DNA from: Sminthopsis crassicaudata
Taxonomy: Eukaryota
Direction of reading: 5' to 3'
NCBI RefSeq assembly: GCF_048593235.1
Contig: NC_133617.1
Span: forward strand, 497,282,958 to 497,346,957
DNA: 64,000 nt
Below the pieces are notes generated by a model. The model worked only from the letters and a program-made list of their open reading frames with translations. It ran no database searches and was not told the origin of the DNA. This document shows, in pieces, positions 50,421 through 61,059 of the stretch. Positions within the stretch are counted from its first letter, which is position 1. Each line of letters opens with the position of its first letter. Made by a program: the position numbers and the translations under genes.

Positions 50421-51633
50421 GTAAGTGGGCTGTCTTCTCATATGAAAAGCTGAAAACAATCAGGGTATATACTAACATTGGTTTTCTATAAAGTTCTAAT
50501 CTTTCTGTTAAAAGATAGCCAATTAATTTTGTTAAAAATGAATTCTTTCACATATTTATTACTTCAGGTAGAGGGCTAAGGTAAACAAAAACAATGGAAA
50601 AAAGGTCACTTCATTTGTTTCTTAAAAGAAAGTGCCTCATTTTAGGGAAAAAGAGCAGAGGTTTTTGGAAGTTGAATAGAATCACTGAGAGGAAATTTTC
50701 ACTAACTCTGGGATAACCATGGTAACCTAAATGATTTACATACTCATGGATAAATCAAAAGCTTCATTTTAGTGTGGAGCAATAAGCTCTTTTTTCACCA
50801 GGCTTTATCATAGATTATAAATATAACTACTTAATACAGGGTCACCCTAGGCAGAAGTGACATATTAGAGTAGAACTGGAATAAGAATTGAGACATGTGG
50901 GTTCAATTCCTAGCTTTTGTAATAACTCATTTCATGACTTTGGTAAATTTCCTCTCTAGAACTATTTTTTTATTTTATTTTATTAAAATGAGAGAATGTA
51001 CAAGATGATCTCTATTCCATTTCCAGCTTATACTTTGAGGTTGGATCCTGGTCTTTCTATCGCATTCCTCCTATGCACAGTCCGCCTCCCCCCTCCCCCC
51101 CAAAAAAAATTATTGTTACATATAGCCAGAGCCTTTATCCTTTGCCTTGGGCTTCCTACTCAATTGCTATCTCCCAGTCAAGACTGCTTTTGCAGAATAG
51201 CAACTACTCTTCTGGACCTTTCTGGGGAAGAAGTGTGGCACAATTGATTTAGAATTAAAGACCCTCAGCTCAAATCCAAGTTCTTCACATTGGACAAGTC
51301 ATTTAATGTCTCTCTAGATATCTCACATTTGTAAAATGAAAGGGCTGCCCCAGAGATGCTAGGATCCTTTTCTATTACCCACATTATGATTTTTTATGAG
51401 GGCAGATAGAAAGGACTATAACAGAAGAAAAGGAAATAAATAAAACTTTTATGATAATTGTGGTATTCAATTTCTTGCTTTTTTACTTGGAGTTCTCTCC
51501 CTATGAAGATTTCTATGGAAAATTATTTGTTAAGGCAACATACTAGTCATTATTAAAAAAGGACATTACATACACATTAACAATCCTGAATCCCCAATTT
51601 GGTTCACTGGTTTTTAGAAAGCATCTGTATTAC

Positions 51634-52085
51634 TGTAAGGGGCCTAAGATCATCAGGCAAGCGCAATTGAGATGTAAGTGGACCAGATGTGCTTAAGAGT
51701 TGAGTACTTAGGGACTTCCTTAGTGGATGGGACCTCCACCCATGGCAGAAACCCAGATCTCACTCTGAAGTCTCTGTCAAATTTGGGATGTAACCTTCAT
51801 CATTGATTGGCTTGTGTCTGTGACCTCATTGACCCTATTTAAGCTCTGGACAGGAAGAACTCTTCCCTTTTCTCTTCTCTCTTACCACCTGGAGACTGGA
51901 CTGGGAGGTCATAGAATAAAGTCTAAGCTTGTTCATCTAAACTCTCAGGTGCTCTGTTGTGCACTTAAAACTACTTCCATATGAGATAGTAGCCAGAGGA
52001 TTCTGAGGACCTCAAAATAGAGGTGAGATTGATATTATATTTGACAGTTTTTCTCTGATAGGCCTAGGAATAAGAAACCCTAACA
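51634..52085 (+). mobile_element. ERV LTR (452 bp, TG...CA), betaretrovirus-like
   Basis: Starts TGTAAGG, ends CCCTAACA; TATTTAA at 51836; AATAAA at 51915; immediately followed by a PBS. Confidence 0.9.
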
Positions 52086-52087
52086 TA

Positions 52088-52105
52088 TGGCGCCAGACGT
52101 GAGGC
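52088..52105 (+). promoter_or_regulatory. Retroviral primer-binding site, tRNA-Lys1,2-like
   Basis: TGGCGCCAGACGTGAGGC is a 15/18 match to TGGCGCCCAACGTGGGGC, 2 nt after the LTR end. Confidence 0.8.
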
Positions 52106-52208
52106 ACAATATTTATAATGCTAAGCTTTGATTATTAATTATTACAATTAATATCCAAAAAGGCATACAAGTTCCTCATTCGGAAGAGAAGGTAGAGAGA
52201 GATACACT

Positions 52209-52385
52209 ATGGGTCAATTTGTGACTAGACCCGAGAGTAGAGTAGTAAAAGAAGAGCAAACTTATGAATTACAAATCACAATGGGTGATTCTTTAACAGA
52301 AAACACACCCCCAGAAAAAGAAATGCAGGAAGAGTGCTCCCCAGTGCCAAAAGTATTTATCCTTCATTAGAAGGTTTATCATGAT
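52209..52385 (+). pseudogene. Decayed gag N-terminus
   Basis: ATG GGT CAA (MGQ, myristoylation-type start) after the leader; a shifted frame gives SAKSIYPSL, similar to the retroviral LYPSL motif. Confidence 0.45.
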
Positions 52386-52491
52386 ATGTGCCTCCAGGTG
52401 ATCAAGGTAATAAAGAAAACCACCTTCCCCATCCCTTAAGTACAGCTCAAATAGAGAGAATGGGTGAAGGGATTAAGCAAATAGAACAAAA

Positions 52492-52677
52492 GATGAAAGT
52501 TACATCCTGAACTTGATAGAGATTTCAGAGCAAGATCTGGGTTCCCACCATGGGTGGAGGCCCCACCCATGAAGGAATTCCTTAAGTACTCAACTCTAAG
52601 CACATCTGGGGATGCTAAAAACCATTGGTCTATTTACATCTCAATTGCACTTGCCTGACCTTTTTAGGACCCTTACA
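52492..52677 (-). mobile_element. Inverted copy of the U3 5' portion of the same LTR
   Basis: Reverse complement aligns to 51634-51801 at about 85% identity by hand count (25 mismatches, one 19-nt and one 1-nt indel); ends ...CCTTACA followed by TATTAC. Confidence 0.9.
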
Positions 52678-53366
52678 TATTACCATGTGCCAGGATGGAG
52701 AGACATTTTGATGGCTACAAAACAAATCATAAACACTTGTCTCAGGGCCTTTATTTGTCCATTAGTTTACTTATACTGTTTTCTATAACTAAAGTGTTTA
52801 ATGTTCTTAAAATGTTATGTACTGAATCCCCATGAGCATCAATACAAAGAAATAATGTAGTTAAAATTTTATGATAGATTTTTAGGGGAGCTAATAAAAT
52901 ATATTAAACAAAGTAAAGCTTCTAAGCTTCTTTAAATTGTCTGAACTCTAGTTCACATTAAATCTGTGTTCCCAAACTCATACTCTAGATTTCAATCACA
53001 AACATTAAAGACAGTTCAAGTAAAAAGAAATCTCAGCACGAGCAAGCCCATCCTAATAATCATCCAATATTTCTTGGATTTTTTTTTTTCATGCTTAGAA
53101 AGAATAAATTAACCACCATCTTGCACAAAAGTAAAAGTTGTAAAAAAGATGTGAAGACACATTGACAGGAAGGAAGAGAGTGTACTGGCATCAACCTTAA
53201 GATACCCCAGAATTTAATTCAATACCTAACTACCTATCGCTACCCTTTGATGTTTTTGAAGACATCCTTTCCTAAATTGAGGTTGGCAGCTTAACCAATA
53301 TATTACACAGCCATACCTTGGATCATAGATTTCTTTTCATCTTGTGGAACTGTTTGTATTTTTCAG

Positions 53367-53464
53367 AGGCCACTCATCAAGAAAGCTGGACTAGAGAGCT
53401 CAATAATTGGAAGACTGTGGTTAATGAGCATGACCAAATGATGCAGAATTGGAAAAAAGCATGG
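53367..53464 (+). CDS. SEMA4D: SEMA4D alternative-isoform exon C (98 nt, phase 1-0)
   Basis: TTTTTCAG acceptor; (E)ATHQESWTRELNNWKTVVNEHDQMMQNWKKAW matches recalled human EVTHQERWTRELSAWRAVAGEHDRMMQSWRKAW; TGG|GTAGGA donor. Confidence 0.9.
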
Positions 53465-54384
53465 GTAGGAGGATCTTTGGATCATTTGTACAGTATCACT
53501 TTGAAGCCTATAGGACAGCAAGAACCTAACACAGTTCTCTGTTTTTCCCCCCATATTCTCAGCTATCATTTAGTGACATCAAAGCAACAGTTTCTTTGTT
53601 CTGATATGCAAAGTCTTTAGTAGAACCCCCATTTATCCAGGATGAGAAATGTCCCAGGAGTTTAGAATGACTATACACTCATATTTCTAAAGAGATTATG
53701 GAAATTCTAATTAGGTAGCTAAAAGAACAATACCTTTGGGGTTGGGACAGGCAATTCAACATTCTTTATACATGTCGACAACTCTTCTTTAAGGGCATGT
53801 GTTTATTTTGTGATGTTAAGTTCCACAAAGTGACGTTTCCTCACATGTTAAATTAAGAGAGTTAGTCTAATTAACCTCAAAATGTCCCTTTTGGAGCTAA
53901 GACTTCAAAAATCCCATGATTCAAAGCTGGTAGCTGGAAAAACAAATGGAATGCAATTTTCAAACCCTATCCATGCACAAATACCTTGTCCCCTACTCCA
54001 CTTAAAGCCACATCAAAGCTGGCAAAAAAAAAAAAAATAATAATAATTTCAACTGGCAAACATAAAACAATACTTTCAGGTCTGGAGGGAGTTCATCTTC
54101 AAAAGTAATAATAATGAGAAAGGAAGTATCCTACCTTTTCCAGAGGTCCATATTTCTGGCATAACCAACAATGACTTTCATAAAGAGTAGATGCCATTAA
54201 TGTGATTCCTATTAGCAAAAACTAATAAAAATCTTTTTCTTTGTATTAATTTCTATTTTTATGTTCTGAGAAACAACCAGATAGATACTAAACAGCCCTA
54301 AATCTTATTAAAATATCAATGTCTTTACAAGAGAGCGGCTTGAGTACAGATTCAAAAGGAAAATTAAGCCTGATTTTCTTTCAG

Positions 54385-54435
54385 GAAAGCTGTAATGAGG
54401 AGACCTATTTAAACAAGAGGCTGGAGAAAAACTGA
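54385..54435 (+). CDS. SEMA4D: SEMA4D alternative-isoform terminal exon D, coding part
   Basis: TTTTCTTTCAG acceptor, phase 0; ESCNEETYLNKRLEKN* against recalled human ESCSKDTL*; TGA at 54433-54435. Confidence 0.85.
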   Translation, partial: ESCNEETYLNKRLEKN

Positions 54436-54807
54436 TGAACAACCATGGAAGTTAAAGTTGCTTCTATTTCAACCATACTTCAAGGAAGATTCAACATAGC
54501 TTAAAGCTTCAAAAGCAGCTGATGAGAATGGAAAAATTAGATCAAGATTTTTGTGACTATTTTGAAATTTCTTCAAAAATCAAACCAAACCCAACCCAGC
54601 TACTAATGAGATAATTCACAGTTTGAACACTATTTTCTCTTGAGGCATGGAAATTCATGTTTTGTTCATACAGGAACATACATATAATTCCATCATGAAG
54701 GTGGACAATGTGACTACTTGTACACAGGCCAAAGAGAATCAATATGATCTTTTATTGCAAGTTCTTAGTCAAGTTGATTTGAGGCTATCTGTAAGTTAAG
54801 GCTGATC

Positions 54808-54813
54808 AATAAA
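54808..54813 (+). terminator. Likely polyadenylation signal of the alternative SEMA4D isoform
   Basis: First + strand AATAAA I found downstream of the exon D stop codon (~370 nt away). Confidence 0.6.
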
Positions 54814-56334
54814 TGTAAAATATCTAAATATATTTTAATAAGTGTCTTAAAAAATTCTTTTCCTCCACAGAATTAATCCTTAATTTGTTTGGAAAAGTAT
54901 TCCTTTTTCTTTCCAGTTCAGAAGCAGGTAGGGGGTATGGTGATTATAGAGCTGAAATCCCATATTTACTGTATTTCTGTAGGTAAGTCATTTAATCTTT
55001 CTCAGGTTCACCTTCCTAATCTTCACCTAAAATGAAGATAACAATGTCATCTGCCTCAAAGAGGTCAATTGGGATAATATATGTACAACACCACCTTAAA
55101 AACAGGGAAAAAAGATAAAGAATAAGGATGATATCATAAAAGCTAATTTTTGATGACAATTTTTATTCATCCAATTCTCTTATATTTGGGAAAGTAAAAT
55201 TTTATATCAGTGTTTCTGGTGAAACAAATCTCTGGTTGAGGTTAGTGAATGAATCGAGGAAAAGGATTCTGATTTATTCATTCAAGTTATTCTTGATTCC
55301 ATTATTAGGAATAAGCAAGCTACTATGATCTATTTCTATACTATCTTGTAATAGATGATGATTTATTTATGCCTTCATAAAAGTCTGTTTCACTTAGTAT
55401 TATTTTTAATCATGGAAGTCTTTTATATAGCAATCTTTAATAGTTTGTGTTTTCTTATATTTCAGTTTTTAGTTTTATCATTTATGGATATAAACCTGTG
55501 CACATACCTTAAAAAAATAAAAATGACAAGATTTTTATTGTCAAAATTTAAGTATTGTATTAGGATTCTAATTTAATCCCAAATGGTCCATTTTTTGTTT
55601 GGTATTAGAACATTTTAAACAAGTCTAGTAAAGAATCTGTGTTTGTGTTAAATTAAAGGTATTTTTCACTATGTAATTCTAATACTCTAGTGCTTGATCA
55701 TAGTTCTTAATATTCCCGTAATATTTTACTTTAGTTTTATGTAAATTCAGAACAATGAGTTTTAAAAGCATTTTTATAGAAGTGACATAACTTTTTTTTT
55801 CTGTTAGCTTTAGTTCATTAAGATATTATTGGACATTAATTTGTCTAATAATGAACAGAGTACTGTAACAGAACATGTCACCTTACGTAACAGGATTTTA
55901 TCCAAAGTAAACCACAATTTAACTCTAGGTTAGCTACCTGTGTTATATGTCACAGTGTTCAGATCCTCACACTACCAGCCTTGACTTAATCAAGTTTTAA
56001 TGATATGTTTACTCCAGGAGGAACTGTGTAATAGGCTCATGTTATAACCCTTTTGGATCTTCTGTCAAAAGACTTATAGGAGTTCCTGTAGTTTTCACCA
56101 TGGGCTATGGAGCAGAATACAGAATATATGACAAGTAAATTAATGATTTTCTGTAAAGAATCAACCTTTTTTTTTTTAAACCATAAAATCCATCATGATA
56201 GAATTGTCTATGTGTACTTACTTATACACTAGGAAAAATAACATTTAGTTTACTAAATTATATGTATCTACTCTGTTTTCATTTGTAAAGATTGTTGTTT
56301 GGTACGCTGTGTTGTTACGAGTGAAAAAAATTAG

Positions 56335-58444
56335 ATCACCTCTTGTTACATGCATTTATTTTTTATAGAAAGCTGTACCCATTATATCTTAATGTAATTA
56401 ACACCATGTACATGGCAAATTATTTTATGTTGATTCCTGGTAAAATCTTGGTCCATTTAAATTATTTTTCAGTGATACTGTCATAAAACCAAAAGGAACA
56501 ACCCTATCTGAATGAGGTCTTGCAGAACTGAGTAGAAAAGTGTTTTGTATCTTACAAACATTAACATCTAGTACTTCTAAGTTTGAGGTTTTTGAAAAAG
56601 TACTATAATAGTAGTTAATATTATTGGCTTAGAAATTTTTTTAAAAAGATAGTTAATAGCAGCTTGTTTCTAAAGAACAGTAAAGATGTTTTAAATTATC
56701 ATTTTAGTTTTTAAATTACAGAGTACTGGGCTTCAAGGAATAATGTAGCTGAAGGTATACCAAACATACTATGATTATTTGGGAGATGATTATTATATAT
56801 TAAATCTTTCTTATATTAAAACAAATTATGTTTAGCATCTAGAATTTCAGAATTATCTTCTATAGTTATTTACACTAGGCCAGTAAGACTTATTCTTCTG
56901 CCACACTGATAGGGGGAGGGGAAATTCAAAGAAATTTTTCTATAAAATATGATCAGCCAAAACAAGAGAAAAAAAGAGAGAAGCTTCAATGTCATATCTA
57001 TGGAATCTGTGAACAGATTGACTTGCATTTCCCTTAAGTATTGTCCAGTATTCTAGAGTAGCAGCTTGTTTTAAAGGTTAGAGCACAAATTACAGCCCTA
57101 TACCTATTACTGCTGTCAGCATGGACAGAGTCCAAAGAAAAACCTATTTTAGTTTAATTTTTCCTTTAAAAATAGCTCATCCTGTGAGCTATTTTCCTAG
57201 AAATGATCTGTTTCAATTAACCATATTTTCAAAGCTAAAAATGCTCTGCTAGTTTGATATGCAGAGTACATATTAAAATTTTACACTAAACTTAATTTGG
57301 TAAAACATACATGGCAAAGCTAATTCAAGTCAAATTCAATCAGCTCTACTTAGGAAGATGTTTTAAAAGTTACCTAAAAATTAATCCCCTACTTCAAAAT
57401 ATTAGTAAAGGAGCAAACTCCATCTTCTTTGAGATCATAATAAAGAACTCTTTTCTTACAGCACCACCTCCCAATTTCCTAAATTTTGGTTAATAATTTC
57501 CAGACAAAATGACAATATTTTTAAAAAGCAGCATGTTCCTCTTCTAATTTAAAGAATAAAGGAAATCAATTTTCATCTTTTCTTTTGGCTCTAAAAATTT
57601 TTTTTTTTAGATTAACAAGCCAATTCAAACATTTAAGTGTTTTTTTTATAACCCTATGTTGGTTAAAAAAAACAAACAAAAAAAAGGATAACACTAAAAG
57701 TTTAAAAATTATTTAAATTACTTAAGACAGTGGGTTAAAATTCTTCATAGCAACTTTTCTAACCATACTCAATAGTTTTTACAATTAAAATGGCTAAAAT
57801 TCCAGGACCCCCATAGAATATTTTAATTTTTCTTAATCCTTGGATCTTCAATACATTCAGTACATTATGCTCCCATAAAAAACCAACAATAATGTTGGAG
57901 GGGAGAAAAGCCTATATAACTGCATTGATTCCAAGTTAAGGACAGGGATGAAATGAAGCTTCAAAGCAAAGAGTTTGGGATTGGTCTTATTTTTTCCTGC
58001 TAAAAATTCTCATGATTAGCATAATATCTGTCTACAAAATAGCCAGTTCTTTGAGAACTAAATAACTTGGTTTACTCATCTATAAATTTATATTTAAAAA
58101 GTAAAAATTGAATTGTTTTAGCATCTGGGAATTATTTTCTAGTATTTCATAGATCTATAGTATATCCCACACTTATCAAATCAATAAAACATTATATTAT
58201 GAAAAGGCTTTGAGAAAAGTATTAGTAACTCTTAACTTACTATTCATTGTAAAATATTAATAGCCTGGTGCTTATTATATCATTTATCAACAAATACTGT
58301 ATTAAACCATGAGTTAATTTTAAAATTAAATATTCATACAAAATATTTTAAAATGTCCATAAAGAATTGAAGAAAAAAAGGGGACAGAACACAAAATGAT
58401 CATTTTTTTCCCTACCTCCCCACCCCAAAACAAGTATTCTTTTC
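56335..58444 (-). other. SECISBP2: Probable SECISBP2 3'UTR (distal end uncertain)
   Basis: Repeat-poor AU-rich stretch after the stop; minus-strand AATAAA at 56355-56360, with further candidates at 55534, 55362, 55273, 55162 and 54752. Confidence 0.5.
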
Positions 58445-58539
58445 TCATAAATTCAAGTTCAGCATTTCAGGGGTTGAATTCTGCTCTAGTTCCAGTGCAT
58501 ATGGATTATATTCTTCAAGATTTTTCTTCCAGATTTTAA
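58445..58539 (-). CDS. SECISBP2: SECISBP2 last coding exon
   Basis: Minus-strand TTTTCCTTTTAG acceptor; (I)KIWKKNLEEYNPYALELEQNSTPEMLNLNL* matches recalled human IEIWKKHLEAY...MMNLNL*; phase 1 fits the previous exon. Confidence 0.93.
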
Positions 58540-59149
58540 CTAAAAGGAAAAGAAAACATTACAATTTAACATATGGTGTCAAAATGTTATGAAAATGCCA
58601 CATTCAAACCATAAATATCTTAGCTATAAGAAACTTATTGAACTTTTTGAGGTTCTAGGAAATAAGGGTATCCAATTTAGGATACTTATTTTTTTTTTAA
58701 ATGGTTTGTTTTACTTTTAACAAAGGAATGTCTTTTTTAATCATTCAAATTTGGTCATGTTATAGCCCATACAGAAAAATTACAAAAGATCCAGTTTAAG
58801 CTACAAGAACATTTACAAAGAAAGGAAAATTGAACCTATCTAGTCAGATTACTCATCAAAATGTGAAGTTTTAAGTATATAATCTTAACTGAAAAAATGA
58901 AAAATCTGGATCAGAGTATACAGATTGATTAGGAATTTGAAGGTATAGATGCTCACTATACTGTTAACTTGGTATAGTATCTTATCAAGAACTTAGTGAA
59001 TTCAGCCTCATTACTTTATAGTCTGATGAGGTTACATTCATAAATTCAACAAAATGAAAAACAGTAGATAAACCACGAAGCAAAAGATCTAATTTCAGCT
59101 TCACTCTGACCTAAACGCCCTTTATGAAATCAAGACATAATTCCTGGTA

Positions 59150-60030
59150 AAACTAGACTTGGGATACCTGAAAGAACTGTCACATGTTGTTTATAAGTCA
59201 ATGTGAGCTCCTTTGAAAAACTGTGCAGAAGGAAGAGGTAACAGCAGTATTTTGATTTTCAAAAAAGCAAGAAAATGGAAAGTGGAATACTTAACAAATT
59301 TGCAGATTACAAAAATTTGTTAGGGATATTAATAATTCAAAAGACAGTGCAGTCTAGAACCATGGACTGACCAGATTTAATAAGATGGATCTTTATTGTC
59401 AAGATAAATGTCAAGTTCTAAAAAATTGCTACCATGATTAAGGAATAGGGGACATACAAGATCCCAAGTTCAGTATAACTTGATGTAAGTAGTCAAAAAT
59501 GTTAAAGTAATTTTTAAAATTAATAAGATAGTCATAATGTACTGAAAACTTGTCTCAGTCAAGGTCACATATCTGTAATGCAGTATTCAATTTTATAAAG
59601 CTCCATTATAGGAATGACAATGACAAGCTAGACAGTGCAAAAAAAGATGAGGAATATCATGTCATCTGTGGATTATTTGAAGGAACTAAGGACACTTAGC
59701 CTAAAGAAGCAACTTAGAGTAAACATGACAGCTAATTTCAAGTATATAAGGGGCTATCATGTGGAAAGGGCCTTAGTTTTCCATTTGGCCCCAAAGGGAA
59801 GAATTCAGAGCAATGGTTATAGAAAGTTATAGAAAAACAGAATTAGATGACATAAAGAAAAAATTCCCTAACAATGAAGGTATGGAAAAATAGAATGGAA
59901 CCCTTTAGGAAGGAGACAGTAGTAACTCCAGGCTGAAGTCTTCAAGTAAAAGTTGGATGATCAGATACGCTGTCGAGGGAATTTTGTTCAGGTACATGTT
60001 AGACTAGTCTATCAAATTTTTTCTAACTAA
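59150..60030 (+). mobile_element. CR1/L3 3' fragment in SECISBP2 last intron
   Basis: gattttcaaaaaagc...ttcaagtatataaggggctatcatgtggaa...gcccc aaagggaagaattcagagcaatgg motifs. Confidence 0.7.
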
Positions 60031-60356
60031 ATTCTGTAAATAGGTACTTGTTCTTAGGAAAGTAAGAATGTTTAAGGTTTCAGTTTCATCACTAAAGTAA
60101 AGGAAGATATTAATAATGTAGAAAAAAGCATCACCATTTAGAATTTGGTCACTGCAGCGACCTCATGTAACTTAGAGGACTGATGGTGAAGACTACTCTT
60201 AAGCAGACAGATAGTGCTACACAGTGAAGCAGTGCTACATGGTGAAGCATACATTTCCAGACATGGCCAATGTGTTGATCAGTTTTTACTAGACTGTACT
60301 TATCATTATCAAGCAATAAGAACATGACCATATAAAAGTCACTGAGTGCTACTTAC

Positions 60357-60555
60357 TATAATTGGGTTCTTCATCTTTTGTTGTATCAGTTGTTTTACTA
60401 GGTTCTGAAGAGCAACTTTCAACCTGAGGAGTAAGCAAGGGGGATATGGGATTTTCCGACTCTAGTGCTTCAGTTCCTTCTTTTAAAGTTGATAACATAA
60501 CCTTATATGCCTGTCTGGCTTCCATTGTAAGCTCTATCATTTTGTGAAACTGATC
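60357..60555 (-). CDS. SECISBP2: SECISBP2 penultimate coding exon (199 nt)
   Basis: Minus-strand TTCTTCTGCTTCAG acceptor; DQFHKMIELTMEARQAYKVMLSTLKEG...KDEEPNY(I) matches recalled human DQFHKMVELTVAARQAYKTML...EEPHY; A|GTAAGT donor; known synteny with SEMA4D. Confidence 0.93.
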
Positions 60556-61059
60556 CTGAAGCAGAAGAAAAAACAAATTGGTGATTCCTGAACATTAAAC
60601 AATAAGCTAGTCTAATTTTTCTTAAAATCTTTTTTATCTTAACATTTTAGAAGGATGTCAGTACTAAAACAAAAAGTAAACACACACTAATAAAAGGAAA
60701 AAAATAATTATATTAATTATTTTTTGAAAATGGGTGGAATGGCAGTAATGATGATCAAAAGAGTCAACAATTTTATTTATAGATCCAGGAGTTTTATTTC
60801 AAAGTAAAATTAAGGTGGTTCAAATGCTACTTGTTTATTGAGTTTATACCATTTCTTTTTCCTAGGCTATCACTCCTGAAATGGCTACATTTTCCAAAAA
60901 AATCTTTCTGGACTATTCCCATCATCCAGCACCTTCATTCCTATCCATATGCAACTTACTAGAGGGAAGAAATCAAGAAACCCTGTTGATTTGTTACCTA
61001 ATTGCAACTGGGATATCCCATCACAATTACTGTAGCAAAGCAATCTAATAATTAATTTG

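Noticed and set aside
58412-58447. SECISBP2 ends in UGA, suggesting autoregulatory selenocysteine read-through (would add EKNTCFGVGR*)
   Set aside because: I could not identify a SECIS element (AUGA/GA quartet with apical AA) in the downstream UTR by eye, and the extension looks unselected. A SECISearch run would be needed.
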